Source: Candidatus Acidiferrales bacterium
Lineage (GTDB): Bacteria; Vulcanimicrobiota; Vulcanimicrobiia; Vulcanimicrobiales; Vulcanimicrobiaceae
Length of the DNA stretch: 59,319 nt
Reading direction: 5' to 3'
NCBI GenBank assembly: GCA_035502675.1
Contig: DATJUC010000222.1
Span: forward strand, 1 to 59,319
Position 1 is the first letter of the stretch, and each line of letters starts with the position of its first letter. A program made the position numbers and the translations under genes. Below are positions 18,681 through 27,944 of the stretch, piece after piece. The notes beneath the pieces were generated by a model, which saw only the letters and a list, made by a program, of their open reading frames with translations, had not been told where the DNA came from and searched no databases.

Positions 18681-19172
18681 CTAGATTGAGGTTCCGGCGA
18701 CGACGATGCCGAGCGAAACGAGCAGCGCGCGATCGCCCCAGATCGCTTCGCGCAACGGACCGGCGCCGTCCCCGCCGAACTGCAGGACGAGCTCGCCGCC
18801 GTCGAGTGTGTAGGCAAAGCACGCGCCGCCGGCACCCGAAGGCTTGCAATCGTCGCTCTCGACGAAACTGCTGGCGTCGGTATATTTCTCGTGCCCGGCG
18901 CCGACCGGAAAAGCCGGCGCCGCCGGAAGATCGATCGCCGGTGCCGTTGCGGCCGGAACGACGTCGACCAGGGCGACGTTGCCGTCCTGGTCCGCGGTCA
19001 CGCGAACCGAACCGACGCCGGGGGCGTTCCATCCCCACGTCGGTCCCCACGGCGAGGCGATCGGTTTGGCGGCGTGCGCGGCGGCGATGCCGCGGGCGCC
19101 GGCTCCCAGCGAGATGCCGGCGAGCGTTGCCGGCTGCGCCTGCGCCAACAGTCCCGCGAAAGCCGCGATCAC
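18681..19172 (-). CDS. Hypothetical protein (163 aa), no recognisable domain
   Basis: The GTG at 19172 overlaps the rimI TGA (GTGA). The stop at 18681 lies 2 nt before the yqeK ATG. Product: MIAAFAGLLAQAQPATLAGISLGAGARGIAAAHAAKPIASPWGPTWGWNAPGVGSVRVTADQDGNVALVDVV...CKPSGAGGACFAYTLDGGELVLQFGGDG... Coding-like third-position bias. Confidence 0.5.
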   Translation of the reverse strand: MIAAFAGLLAQAQPATLAGISLGAGARGIAAAHAAKPIASPWGPTWGWNAPGVGSVRVTADQDGNVALVDVVPAATAPAIDLPAAPAFPVGAGHEKYTDASSFVESDDCKPSGAGGACFAYTLDGGELVLQFGGDGAGPLREAIWGDRALLVSLGIVVAGTSI

Positions 19173-19705
19173 GCGGTCAACGCGCGCGCGCGCAGCACGT
19201 GCAGGCGATTGCGATAGAGCTCGCTCTTCAGGTTGCCGGCCCACATGACCAGCGCGCTCTCGTTGTCGTCGCTGTAGTAGCCGCGCCGCATCGTGACCGT
19301 GGTGAACCCGTACTTGCGATAGAGCTGCTGCGCGATCGTATTGCTCTCGCGCACTTCGAGGGTCATCCACGCCGCGCCGCGTTCGATCGCTTCGTCGATC
19401 AGGCGCAGCAGCATGACTTCTCCGAGCCGCCGTCCGCGAAACTCGGGGTCGACGGCCAGCGTCGTGACGTGTGAATCTTCGAGGATCACCCAAACGCCGC
19501 CGTAGGCGACGATCCGGTCGTCGATGCGCCCGACGAAGTAGTGCGCGAGCCGGTTGGTGTTCAACTCGTTGTAAAACGCGTCGGACGGCCAGACGGTCGA
19601 AAACGACGCGCGCTCGATGCGCGTCACGGCCGATATGTCGGAGCTGGTCATCGGTGCGATCGTCATGCGATCCGGACGCTCCGCGCTGCGGGCGTCGAGT
19701 TCCAT
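19169..19705 (-). CDS. rimI: Ribosomal-protein-alanine N-acetyltransferase (GNAT)
   Basis: Tail of ORF 19169..20110. ISAVTRIERASFSTVWPSDAFYNEL...YGGVWVILEDSHVTTLAVDPEFRGRRLGEVMLLRLIDEAIERGAAWMTLEVRESNTIAQQLYRKYGF. ATG at 19705 lies 2 nt after the tsaB stop; a later ATG (MTIAPM...) is possible. Confidence 0.82.
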   Translation of the reverse strand: MELDARSAERPDRMTIAPMTSSDISAVTRIERASFSTVWPSDAFYNELNTNRLAHYFVGRIDDRIVAYGGVWVILEDSHVTTLAVDPEFRGRRLGEVMLLRLIDEAIERGAAWMTLEVRESNTIAQQLYRKYGFTTVTMRRGYYSDDNESALVMWAGNLKSELYRNRLHVLRARALTA

Positions 19706-19707
19706 TT

Positions 19708-20361
19708 TCACCGTAGCTTGGGAATCTTCGCCGCCGGCAGCTCGCCGTAATCCGCGCGCACTTCGTGAGGGCTGCGGGCGGGCTCGCGCCGCTGCGCCGC
19801 CAATGCGGCGGCCGCAGCGGCGGGCGTTACCAAAGGGTCGAGGGTCCGCACCACGATGCCGCGTTCGGCGAGCGCCGCAAGCACGTCCTTCGGGGCCCCG
19901 ACCACCGGCAGCGGAGTTTCGACCGCGCCGCTCAAGACGGCGTCGAGGGCGTCCGCGATCGACCCCGAGGCGCGGCGGATGGCGCCGGCGCGGGTCAGCC
20001 GCGCCGAGATGACCCCGGGGCGGCCGACGACGATCGCCAGCACCGGATCGAGCGTTCGGCCCGCTTCGAGAGCGTCGAACGACGAGACCCCCACGAGCGG
20101 CCGGCGCCACGCAAAGGCGAGCGATTTCGCGTAGGAAACGGCGATGCGTAAGCCGGTGAAGCTTCCGGGTCCGACGGTGACCGCGATGCGGCCGGGGCCG
20201 TCTTTACGAAGGCCGGCCTCGTCGAGCACTTCGGCCACCAGCGTCAAGCCGCGCTCGAGCGCGACGTTGCCGCCCGCCAGCCGCGCGGCCACGACGCGGC
20301 CCTCCGACACGACCGCCGCCGAGAAGCCCCCCAGAGCGCCGTCGATGCCGAGGATCGTCAT
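19708..20361 (-). CDS. tsaB: tRNA t6A37 threonylcarbamoyl-transfer protein TsaB (YeaZ)
   Basis: Internal ATG at 20361 of the over-extended ORF 19708..21324 gives MTILGIDGALGGFSAAVV...RIAVTVGPGSFTGLRIAVSYAKSLAFAW (217 aa). The ATG overlaps the tsaE stop (ATGA). Confidence 0.85.
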   Translation of the reverse strand: MTILGIDGALGGFSAAVVSEGRVVAARLAGGNVALERGLTLVAEVLDEAGLRKDGPGRIAVTVGPGSFTGLRIAVSYAKSLAFAWRRPLVGVSSFDALEAGRTLDPVLAIVVGRPGVISARLTRAGAIRRASGSIADALDAVLSGAVETPLPVVGAPKDVLAALAERGIVVRTLDPLVTPAAAAAALAAQRREPARSPHEVRADYGELPAAKIPKLR

Positions 20362-20798
20362 GCGGCTGGACGCACCACCACCCGCCGCGGCGCCGCGCCC
20401 GCGCCTTCGATCTCGACCTCGTAGCGGCGCGCCGGAAGCAGTCCGGGGGCGTTGCGCCACCACTCGACCAGCACCACCGAATCGCCTCCGAAGGCCTCTT
20501 CGAGGCCGAGCTCGACGACCTCGCGCGGATCGCCGAGGCGGTAAAGGTCTAAGTGATCGACCGGCGGCCGCCCGGAGTAGCGATGCCAGAAGGTGAACGT
20601 CGGGCTGGTCGATTGGTCGACGCCGTGGAGCGCCCGCACGACCGCCCGCACGAAGGTGGTCTTGCCGGCACCCAGCGGTCCCGAGAGAGCCACGACGTCG
20701 CCGGGCTGCAAACCCCGTCCGAAGGCGGCGGCAAATGCGATCAGCTCCTCTTCGCTGGAAAAAGTTCGGATTGTCGTCCCGGCGAAAGCGTCGGCCAT
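20358..20798 (-). CDS. tsaE: tRNA t6A37 ATPase TsaE (YjeE)
   Basis: 146 aa. P-loop LSGPLGAGKTTFVRA, SPTFTF and HLDLYRL motifs. Confidence 0.88.
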   Translation of the reverse strand: MADAFAGTTIRTFSSEEELIAFAAAFGRGLQPGDVVALSGPLGAGKTTFVRAVVRALHGVDQSTSPTFTFWHRYSGRPPVDHLDLYRLGDPREVVELGLEEAFGGDSVVLVEWWRNAPGLLPARRYEVEIEGAGAAPRRVVVRPAA

Positions 20799-21009
20799 GA
20801 ACGGCGATTTCGGCGCGGAGCTCGACGCGGCCCTGAACGAGCGCTTGGGGGCACTGCGGGATGCTGCCGACCAAGCTCGTTCGCGGCTGGAATCCGCCGC
20901 ACGCCTCCTCGACGAGGCGGTCTCGCCGGCCCGGGCTTCCGGCCCCGAGGAGCCGCTCGACGAGCCGCCGCCGCCCGAGGGTATTACCGCTCCCGAAGAA
21001 AACTTCTAA
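20797..21009 (+). CDS. Possible small acidic coiled-coil protein (70 aa); speculative
   Basis: Tail of ORF 20593..21009. MNGDFGAELDAALNERLGALRDAADQARSRLESAARLLDEAVSPARASGPEEPLDEPPPPEGITAPEENF. I counted GC3 at about 79% against GC2 at about 53%, which is coding-like. It is followed by a terminator-like hairpin. Against it: its ATG overlaps the divergent tsaE ATG (CCATGA), so it has no promoter space of its own. Confidence 0.35.
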   Translation: MNGDFGAELDAALNERLGALRDAADQARSRLESAARLLDEAVSPARASGPEEPLDEPPPPEGITAPEENF

Positions 21010-21031
21010 GGATTGCGGTGTTCCGTCGACG

Positions 21032-21060
21032 CGGTTGGCCTCCCGGCCAACCGTCTTTGT
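21032..21060 (+). terminator. Terminator-like hairpin in the tsaE/gyrA intergenic region
   Basis: CGGTTGGCC-tccc-GGCCAACCG forms a perfect 9-bp GC-rich stem (21032-21040 / 21045-21053). It is followed by TCTTTGT. It lies 23 nt after the stop of the putative small ORF and 31 nt before the gyrA TTG start. Confidence 0.45.
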
Positions 21061-21090
21061 GAGTGAACCCCTTCCGAAGTTCGAAAGCCA

Positions 21091-23595
21091 TTGAATAACG
21101 ATATCATTCATCAGGTAAACGTCGAGGACGAGATGCGGGAGAGCTATCTCTCGTATGCCATGTCCGTCATCGCCTCGCGGGCGCTGCCGGACGTTCGCGA
21201 CGGCCTCAAACCGGTACAGCGGCGGATTCTCTACGCGATGCGCGAGATGGGCATGGACCCGACCAAGCAGCATCGCAAGTGCGCCGGTATCATCGGTGAG
21301 GTGCTCAAGAGCTATCACCCGCACGGCGATTCGTCAGTCTACGACGCGCTGGTTCGCATGGCGCAGGACTTCACGCTGCGCTACCCGCTGGTCGACGGCC
21401 ACGGAAACTTCGGCTCCATCGATCCCGATTCGCCGGCGGCTTACCGTTATACCGAAGCGCGCTTGGCGCGGCTCTCGCTCGACGTTCTGGCCGACATCGA
21501 CAAAGAGACGGTTCCGTTCGTTCCGAACTTCGACAATCAGAGCACGGAGCCGAGCGTGCTTCCCGGACGCGTTCCGCAGCTGCTGGTCAACGGCAGCAGC
21601 GGCATCGCCGTCGGCATGGCGACCAACATTCCGCCGCACAACCTCGGCGAGATTGCCGACGCGATCGCCGCCATGATCGACGACGAAAACATCGGCGACG
21701 ACGCGCTTTGCGACATCGTCAAAGGACCGGATTTCCCGACCGGCGGTACGATCCACGGCCAAGAAGCGATTCGCGAGGCCTACAAGACGGGCCGCGGATC
21801 GATCGCGATTCGCGGCACGGCCGAGATCGTCGAGGAAAAGGGCAAGTTCAAGATCGTCATTACCGAGATCCCCTATCAGGTCTACAAAAACCGCATCGTC
21901 GAGGCGATCGCGGAGGCTCACGCCGAGAAACGGATCCAGGGCATCGCGCGTCTCGACGACCTCTCCAACCGCAAGGGCATGAACGTCGTCATCGAGCTGC
22001 AGAAGAGCGCGACGCCGCGCGTCGTGCTCAACCAGCTCTACAAGCACACGCCGCTGCAGTCCAGTTTCGGTTTCAACATGCTCGCACTGGTTCCGGTGGG
22101 GGAACCGCGTGAGGACGGATCGGTCGCGCTCGAGCCGCGCGTGCTCACGCTGCGGCAGATGCTGCAGGCTTTCATCTCGCACCGCAAGGACGTGGTAGTG
22201 CGCCGCACCCGGCACGACCTGCGCAAGGCCGAGGAGCGCGCGCACCTGCTCGAAGGCTACCGCATCGCGCTCGACAACATCGACGAAGTCATCGAAATCG
22301 TCCGCGCGAGCGCGACCACCGACGAAGCGAAGCAGCGGCTTTCGTCGCGCTTTGCCTTGAGCGACGTGCAGGCGCAGGCGATCGTCGACATGCGGCTGCG
22401 GACGCTCACCGGCCTCGAGCGCAAGAAGATCGAGGACGAGTACGCCGAGCTGATCAAGCTGATCGCCGAACTGCAGGACATCCTGCGCAGCCCGCGCCGC
22501 GTCGCGCAGATCGTCAAGGGCGAAACCGTCGATCTCAAGAAACGTTTCGCCGACGAACGCCGCACCGGCATCGAAGCGGCCGAAGACGAGATGTCGATCG
22601 AGCAGCTGGTTCCGAACATCGACGTGGTCGTCACGTATACCGTCGGCGGATACATCAAGCGCGTTACCGTCGACACGTTCCGCACGCAAAACCGGGGCGG
22701 TCGCGGCGTCATCGGCATCTCGAACCTCAAGCGCGAGGACGTCGTCCGCAACTTCTTCGTCACGAAAACGCACGACCACGTTCTTTTCTTTACGAACAAG
22801 GGGCGCGTGTACCGTCTGCGCGGATACGAGATTCCGGACACGACCCGCCAAGCGCGCGGAACGGCGCTCGTCAACCTTCTGACGCTGCCGCCCGGCGAGG
22901 AAGTCAGCGCGGTATTCCCGGTCGAAGTGTTCTCGGCCGAGCGTTATCTCGTCATGGTCACCAAGCGCGGCGTCATCAAGAAGACCAAACTCGAAGAGTT
23001 CGCGAACGTGCGGCGTAACGGCCTCAACGCGATCAACCTCGACGACGGCGACGAACTGCTCGCGGTCGACCTCTCCGACGGCTCGCGCGACATCATCCTC
23101 GGTTCGGCGCAAGGCATGGCCGTGCACTTCAACGAGAAGGACGTCCGCCCGATGGGCCGCAACGCGCGCGGCGTCAAAGCGATGACGCTGGAGCGCGGCG
23201 ACGCGATCATCGCGATGGACGTCATCGAGGACGAGCGCCGCGACGTGCTGCTGGTGACCTCGCTCGCATTCGGCAAGCGAACGCCGATCGACGAGTACCG
23301 GCACACCTCGCGCGGCGGTAAGGGCGTGAAGGCGTTCGCGCGCCAGCGCGACGACATCGGCCAGGTCGTCGAACAGATCTTAGTCGCACCCGACGACCAG
23401 ATCCTGATGATCACCTCGGGCAACCAGGTGATTCGCCTCAAGGTCGACGAGATTCGAAAGACCGGGCGAGACGCCAAGGGCGTGCGCCTGCAGCGCCTCG
23501 GCGACGGCGAAGAGGTCATCGCGATCACCAACCTCGGCAAGCAGGCCGAACAGATCACCGGCATCACCGGCGAACCCCAGCAGACGGAGCTGTAA
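21091..23595 (+). CDS. gyrA: DNA gyrase subunit A
   Basis: 834 aa. [50 protein letters not shown], active-site Tyr region [10 protein letters not shown], and C-terminal beta-pinwheel repeats. The frame opens at 21067 after a TGA, and TTG 21091 is the only start codon before the conserved region. Confidence 0.97.
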   Translation: MNNDIIHQVNVEDEMRESYLSYAMSVIASRALPDVRDGLKPVQRRILYAMREMGMDPTKQHRKCAGIIGEVLKSYHPHGDSSVYDALVRMAQDFTLRYPLVDGHGNFGSIDPDSPAAYRYTEARLARLSLDVLADIDKETVPFVPNFDNQSTEPSVLPGRVPQLLVNGSSGIAVGMATNIPPHNLGEIADAIAAMIDDENIGDDALCDIVKGPDFPTGGTIHGQEAIREAYKTGRGSIAIRGTAEIVEEKGKFKIVITEIPYQVYKNRIVEAIAEAHAEKRIQGIARLDDLSNRKGMNVVIELQKSATPRVVLNQLYKHTPLQSSFGFNMLALVPVGEPREDGSVALEPRVLTLRQMLQAFISHRKDVVVRRTRHDLRKAEERAHLLEGYRIALDNIDEVIEIVRASATTDEAKQRLSSRFALSDVQAQAIVDMRLRTLTGLERKKIEDEYAELIKLIAELQDILRSPRRVAQIVKGETVDLKKRFADERRTGIEAAEDEMSIEQLVPNIDVVVTYTVGGYIKRVTVDTFRTQNRGGRGVIGISNLKREDVVRNFFVTKTHDHVLFFTNKGRVYRLRGYEIPDTTRQARGTALVNLLTLPPGEEVSAVFPVEVFSAERYLVMVTKRGVIKKTKLEEFANVRRNGLNAINLDDGDELLAVDLSDGSRDIILGSAQGMAVHFNEKDVRPMGRNARGVKAMTLERGDAIIAMDVIEDERRDVLLVTSLAFGKRTPIDEYRHTSRGGKGVKAFARQRDDIGQVVEQILVAPDDQILMITSGNQVIRLKVDEIRKTGRDAKGVRLQRLGDGEEVIAITNLGKQAEQITGITGEPQQTEL

Positions 23596-23681
23596 CATCG
23601 GCACGCGTCGGGAACGGCGCGGGGCGCAACCAACGAGCACGCACCGGCGGTCCAAGCAACCGGAGGAGTAATCACCGATCG

Positions 23682-24008
23682 ATGAGCGCAGTAGCAGACG
23701 TCACTCAGACCAATTTCGATAACGAAGTCTTACAGAGCAGCCAGCCCGTGCTGGTCGACTTCTGGGCTCCGTGGTGCGGACCGTGCAAGATGCTCGGGCC
23801 GGTCGTCGAGAAGGTCGCGGCCGCGAACGCCGGCAAGGCCAAGTTCGTGAAGCTGAATACCGACGACAATCCCAGCCTGGCCGGAAAGTATCAAGTCTCC
23901 GGCATCCCGTGCCTGATCCTGTTCAAAGGTGGTCAGCCGGTCGATCGCATCGTCGGATACGTTCCGGAGAACGTCATCACGTCGATGCTCGGCAAGCACG
24001 TCGCCTAG
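23682..24008 (+). CDS. trxA: Thioredoxin
   Basis: 108 aa. VLVDFWAPWCGPCKMLGP active site and GIPCLILFKGG. GGAGG lies upstream of the ATG. Confidence 0.95.
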   Translation: MSAVADVTQTNFDNEVLQSSQPVLVDFWAPWCGPCKMLGPVVEKVAAANAGKAKFVKLNTDDNPSLAGKYQVSGIPCLILFKGGQPVDRIVGYVPENVITSMLGKHVA

Positions 24009-24012
24009 TGCC

Positions 24013-25356
24013 GTGAAATCCATTCCGGCCATGCACCGCGTGCTGGCCGAACCCGGCGTCGCCGCGTACGAAGCGACGCTCGGACGAACCGCAGTCAAAC
24101 GCGCGATCGAGCAGGTGCTCGATCGCGCGCGTGCGTCCCAAGCGCCGGCGCCGTACGAAAGCATCGTCGCCTCCACGCAGCACGAGCTCGAAGCGGCGCG
24201 GATGCGCGCCCTGACGCGCGCGATCAACGCAACCGGCATCGTCGTGCACACCAACTTGGGGCGCTCGCCGCTTGCCGCGGAGGCGCTCGAGGCCGTCGTC
24301 GAGATCGCGCGCGGGTACTCCAATCTCGAATACGACCTCGACGCCGGCTCGCGCGGTTCGCGATACGATCGGGTCACCGACCTGTTGCGCGAAGCGACCG
24401 GCGCTCGCGATGCAATCGTCGCGAACAACTGCGCCGCCGCCGTACTCCTGGTGCTGGACACGCTGGCGAAAGGACGCGAGGTGGTGGTGGCGCGCAGTCA
24501 GCTGGTGGAAATCGGGGGCGGCTTTCGGGTGCCCGAGGTGCTCGCGCGCAGCGGAGCCACGCTGGTCGAAGTCGGCACCACCAATCGCGTCTACGTCGAG
24601 GATTTCGCGCGCGCGCTCTCGCCGCGAACGGCATTGCTCTTGCGCACGCATCCGTCGAACTACCGGATCGAAGGGTTCGTGCACGAGCCCGGCGGCGCCG
24701 AGCTCGCCGACCTCGCGCGCAGGGCCGGCGTTGCCCTGGTGGAGGACCTCGGCAGCGGCGCGCTGTGCGACTTGAGCGAGTACGGCGTCGAGCGCGAGCG
24801 AACCGTCGCCGACGCGCTGCGCGACGGGGCCGATTTGGTAACCTTTTCGGGGGACAAGCTGCTGGGCGGGCCGCAGTGCGGAATCGTCGCCGGCACGACG
24901 CCGTTGGTCGCACGGCTGCGGGGCAACCCGCTCGTTCGCGGCCTGCGCGTCGACAAAATGACGCTGGCCGCGCTAGCCGCGACGCTGCGACTGCACCGCG
25001 ACCCTACAACGCGCACCCGCATCCCGGTGTATCGCATGCTGGCGGTGGGCGTCGACCAACTGCGCGAGCGCGCGCGCGCGTACGTACGAGCGATCCCCGG
25101 CGCGCGCGCGGTCGACACGCACGCCTTCGTCGGCGGCGGCGCGCTTCCGCGATCGGCGATCCCCTCCTTGGCGGTCGCTTTGCCGGCCGACCGGCCCGAT
25201 GCCGTTGCGTCGCGGCTGCGTCGCGGGACGCCGGCGGTCGTGCCGCGCATCGACGGAAGCCTGCTCTTGCTCGATTTGCGAACCATCGCGCCGCAAGAAG
25301 ATGCGGAGACGATCGAAGCGGCGAGCCGAGCCTTGCTGGGGGGTTCGCCTACTTAA
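24013..25356 (+). CDS. selA: L-seryl-tRNA(Sec) selenium transferase (selenocysteine synthase)
   Basis: ORF 23929..25356 trimmed to the GTG at 24013, 5 nt after the trxA stop, giving MKSIPAMHRVLAEPGV... Motifs: NATGIVVHTNLGRSPL, YSNLEYDLDAGSRGSRY, VVVARSQLVEIGGGFRVPEV, and the PLP-Lys motif TFSGDKLLGGPQCGI. ATG 24031 is an alternative start. Confidence 0.9.
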   Translation: MKSIPAMHRVLAEPGVAAYEATLGRTAVKRAIEQVLDRARASQAPAPYESIVASTQHELEAARMRALTRAINATGIVVHTNLGRSPLAAEALEAVVEIARGYSNLEYDLDAGSRGSRYDRVTDLLREATGARDAIVANNCAAAVLLVLDTLAKGREVVVARSQLVEIGGGFRVPEVLARSGATLVEVGTTNRVYVEDFARALSPRTALLLRTHPSNYRIEGFVHEPGGAELADLARRAGVALVEDLGSGALCDLSEYGVERERTVADALRDGADLVTFSGDKLLGGPQCGIVAGTTPLVARLRGNPLVRGLRVDKMTLAALAATLRLHRDPTTRTRIPVYRMLAVGVDQLRERARAYVRAIPGARAVDTHAFVGGGALPRSAIPSLAVALPADRPDAVASRLRRGTPAVVPRIDGSLLLLDLRTIAPQEDAETIEAASRALLGGSPT

Positions 25357-25418
25357 AAGATCGTGAGGCGGCGCCGTCCGCCGTTTGGCGCTCGCAAGCC
25401 CGCGGGTACGCGGTGTCT

Positions 25419-25787
25419 ATGAAACTCTTCGCAAAAACCACCATCGCGGGCCTAGCGCTCGCCGCCATTATTGGGCCGGTTGCGATGAGCGCGCCGGCAT
25501 CCGCTCAGAACTATATGAACGGCGAGCCCGCCTATACGACGTGGCAGCCGCAGTGGGACCAATACCGGTTCGACCGTCATCACGTCATGCTCGGCACGGT
25601 CGCCGCATTCGCTCCCTATCGCCTCACGGTCGATCGCCGCGACGGCGTAACGCAGACCATCGATCTCAAGAACGGCACCGTCATTTTCCCCACCGGCGCG
25701 ACGCCTTCGCCCGGCGAGCGGGTCGCACTCGTCGGCTATTGGAGCAACGGAACGTTCATCGCTAATCGAGTCATCCTGCGCGGCTGA
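25419..25787 (+). CDS. Small secreted hypothetical protein (122 aa)
   Basis: Internal ATG of ORF 24765..25787. MKLFAKTTIAGLALAAIIGPVAMSAPASAQ is a signal peptide with an ASA-Q cleavage-like site. The rest is beta-rich and has no Cys. I recognise no family. Confidence 0.6.
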   Translation: MKLFAKTTIAGLALAAIIGPVAMSAPASAQNYMNGEPAYTTWQPQWDQYRFDRHHVMLGTVAAFAPYRLTVDRRDGVTQTIDLKNGTVIFPTGATPSPGERVALVGYWSNGTFIANRVILRG

Positions 25788-25812
25788 CGCAATAGCGACG
25801 GGCTTTTGCCAC

Positions 25813-25859
25813 GGTCTCGGTTCCCCGGCTTCCAGCGAACCGAGACCTCTCCTGTTTCG
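25813..25859. terminator. Strong hairpin between convergent genes (putative intrinsic, possibly bidirectional, terminator)
   Basis: GGTCTCGGTTC (25813-25823) and GAACCGAGACC (25837-25847) form a perfect 11-bp stem with a 13-nt loop. It is followed by TCTCCTGTTTCG on the + strand. It sits between the stop at 25787 (+) and the stop at 25863 (-). Confidence 0.5.
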
Positions 25860-25862
25860 ACC

Positions 25863-27908
25863 TTACGTCTTGTTGCCCGAGATCGTGTTGTTCTTGCTGC
25901 CCGGCATCACGAGGATCGGTTTTCCGGAGTTGGGCAGCGGCGTGTCGGCTCGCGTCAAGCCGATCCAGTTGCCGATGATGCTGACGTAACCGGTGCCGCG
26001 GGCCAGCGTTACGCCGTTTCCCGAGTTGCCGCTGACGAGGTTGCGCGCGGGCTGGGCGCGGCCGGCGGCGGAGCTTGCGCCGATCGCGACGTGATTGGCG
26101 GTGCCGCTGACGTAGATGCCGCCTTTCCCGTTCCCGAACGCCTTGGTGCCCAGCACGTCGGTTCCTACGAAGCTGTTGAAGATCGTGTTGCCGTACGACG
26201 TGACGGCGAACTCCACACCGTACCGCAGATTGGCGGAGAACGTGTTTTGGGGAATGACCGACTGGGTGTAGCCGCCGATCGTGTTGCCGTGCGCCGTGCC
26301 GTCGACCTTGATACCGTCGTTGCCGTTGGGCATCGCCCCGTTACCTTTGGTGTTCAGGCCGACGATGTCGGGATCGACCGTAACGCCGGAGGCGTCGCCG
26401 CCGATCTCTATTCCGTTGGCGCCGTTGCCCGAGAAGACGTTGGTACGCACCGTCTGGTTGCCGCCGGTCGCCGTGATCAGCACGCCGTCGTTCCGGTTAC
26501 CCGAGGGACCCTTGAACGCGAGCAGTCCGCCGAACGTGTTGAACGTCGTAAAGCTGGAGGCTTTGCCCGTCACCTCGATGCCGTTGGTGCCGTTGGAGCC
26601 CGACACGTTCCCGAGCGGGATGACCCCGCCGACCTGCGTGTTGTTCGACGTGCCGTCGACGCGGATTCCGTCGAGCCGGTTCCCCACCGGCGTCGTGTTG
26701 TTGGCCCCGATTCCGAAGAAGTTCCCTTGCACCGTGACGTCGTTAGAGCTCGTAACGCGCAGCCCGTTCTTGGCGTTTCCCGCGACCACGTTGTAGTAGA
26801 CGAACGGATTCTCGACGGCGGTGCAGCCGGCGAGCGCGTTGTTACCGGCGTAGCGAAGCTCCACGCCGTTGCCGCCGTTGCCGAGCGGGCCGTTGCCGCC
26901 GGCGCTGGTGCCGATGAAGTTGCCGTTGAGCGCGTTGCCGGTCGAGGAGACGATCAATACGCCGTCCTCGCGGTTGCCCGAGATGAGGTTGCCGAGCGGT
27001 GGAACGACGAAGACCGGCGTCGAGGTTCCTTTGTCGCCGGTGGGATCGTTGGCCATGCCGGTCCGCGCGTCGACGTAGACCGTCCCTCCGATCTCGTTGC
27101 TCTTCGCGTTGTTCTCGATGGCAATACCGTTGCCGCCGTTGCCGACCGGCAGCGTACCGGCCGGGTTGGTACCGATGTAATTGGCCGCCACCGTGTCGTT
27201 CGAGGAACCGTCGATGGCGACGCCGTTACGGAGGTTACCGGAAATGACGTTTCCCACCACCCCGGAGTACTGCTGCGGGTTCTCGCCGATGGCGTCGCTC
27301 GACGACGACGAGTCGATGTGAACGCCGTCACCGCCGTTGCCCGCGGCCGCTCCCGAGAGACTCAAGCCGATGTAGTTGAGGTTCAGCGTAATGTGGCCGT
27401 CTTCGAGCGTCACGCCGTTGCCTTTGGCGCCCACGATTGAGAGTGCGAGCATCGTGGAGCCCGCCGACCCTTTTGCGAAGACGATGCCGGTAAAGCCGCC
27501 GGCGTTCACTTCCACCAGCGGCGCGCCGCCGGCCGTGTAACCCGGCGCCGAGGTCCCGTCGATTCTGACGCTTCGTACGATTTGCGGTAAGGCCGATGCG
27601 AGCGTGATGACGCCGGTCGTCGCGAAGTCGACGATCGACGACGCGGAGGGCGGCGCGGCGTTGGCGGTCAGGATTGCCGCCCGCAGCGAACCCGGGCCGG
27701 AATCGAGGGTGTTCGTGACGGTGAAGGCGGTGTGCCGGTGCAGTGCGGCGTGCGGTCGCGCAGCGTCGAGCAGCGCTCGAGCCGGTAAGCCGGCCTGACT
27801 TCCTTCGCACCCGCTAAACGCCAGCGAAACCGAACAAAAAAACGCGCCCGTTACGAAAAGGCGCGATGCGAAACCCGTCGACATCGAGCGAGCCCTCCTC
27901 TTCCACAC
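25863..27908 (-). CDS. Right-handed parallel beta-helix (PbH1) repeat protein, probable lipoprotein
   Basis: 681 aa. N-terminus ...FFCSVSLAFSGCEGS is lipobox-like. There are more than 15 iterations of the about 22-aa NxIxGNxxxGIxI pattern (NVISGNLRNGVAIDGSSNDTV, NYIGTNPAG..GNGGNGIAIENNAKSNEIGG, NLISGNREDGVLIVSSTGNAL and so on). The + strand ORF 25806..27440 is its shadow. Confidence 0.8.
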   Translation of the reverse strand: MWKRRARSMSTGFASRLFVTGAFFCSVSLAFSGCEGSQAGLPARALLDAARPHAALHRHTAFTVTNTLDSGPGSLRAAILTANAAPPSASSIVDFATTGVITLASALPQIVRSVRIDGTSAPGYTAGGAPLVEVNAGGFTGIVFAKGSAGSTMLALSIVGAKGNGVTLEDGHITLNLNYIGLSLSGAAAGNGGDGVHIDSSSSSDAIGENPQQYSGVVGNVISGNLRNGVAIDGSSNDTVAANYIGTNPAGTLPVGNGGNGIAIENNAKSNEIGGTVYVDARTGMANDPTGDKGTSTPVFVVPPLGNLISGNREDGVLIVSSTGNALNGNFIGTSAGGNGPLGNGGNGVELRYAGNNALAGCTAVENPFVYYNVVAGNAKNGLRVTSSNDVTVQGNFFGIGANNTTPVGNRLDGIRVDGTSNNTQVGGVIPLGNVSGSNGTNGIEVTGKASSFTTFNTFGGLLAFKGPSGNRNDGVLITATGGNQTVRTNVFSGNGANGIEIGGDASGVTVDPDIVGLNTKGNGAMPNGNDGIKVDGTAHGNTIGGYTQSVIPQNTFSANLRYGVEFAVTSYGNTIFNSFVGTDVLGTKAFGNGKGGIYVSGTANHVAIGASSAAGRAQPARNLVSGNSGNGVTLARGTGYVSIIGNWIGLTRADTPLPNSGKPILVMPGSKNNTISGNKT

Positions 27909-27944
27909 CTTCGGATGGTTGGGCTCGCTCCACCTGTCCTAAAG

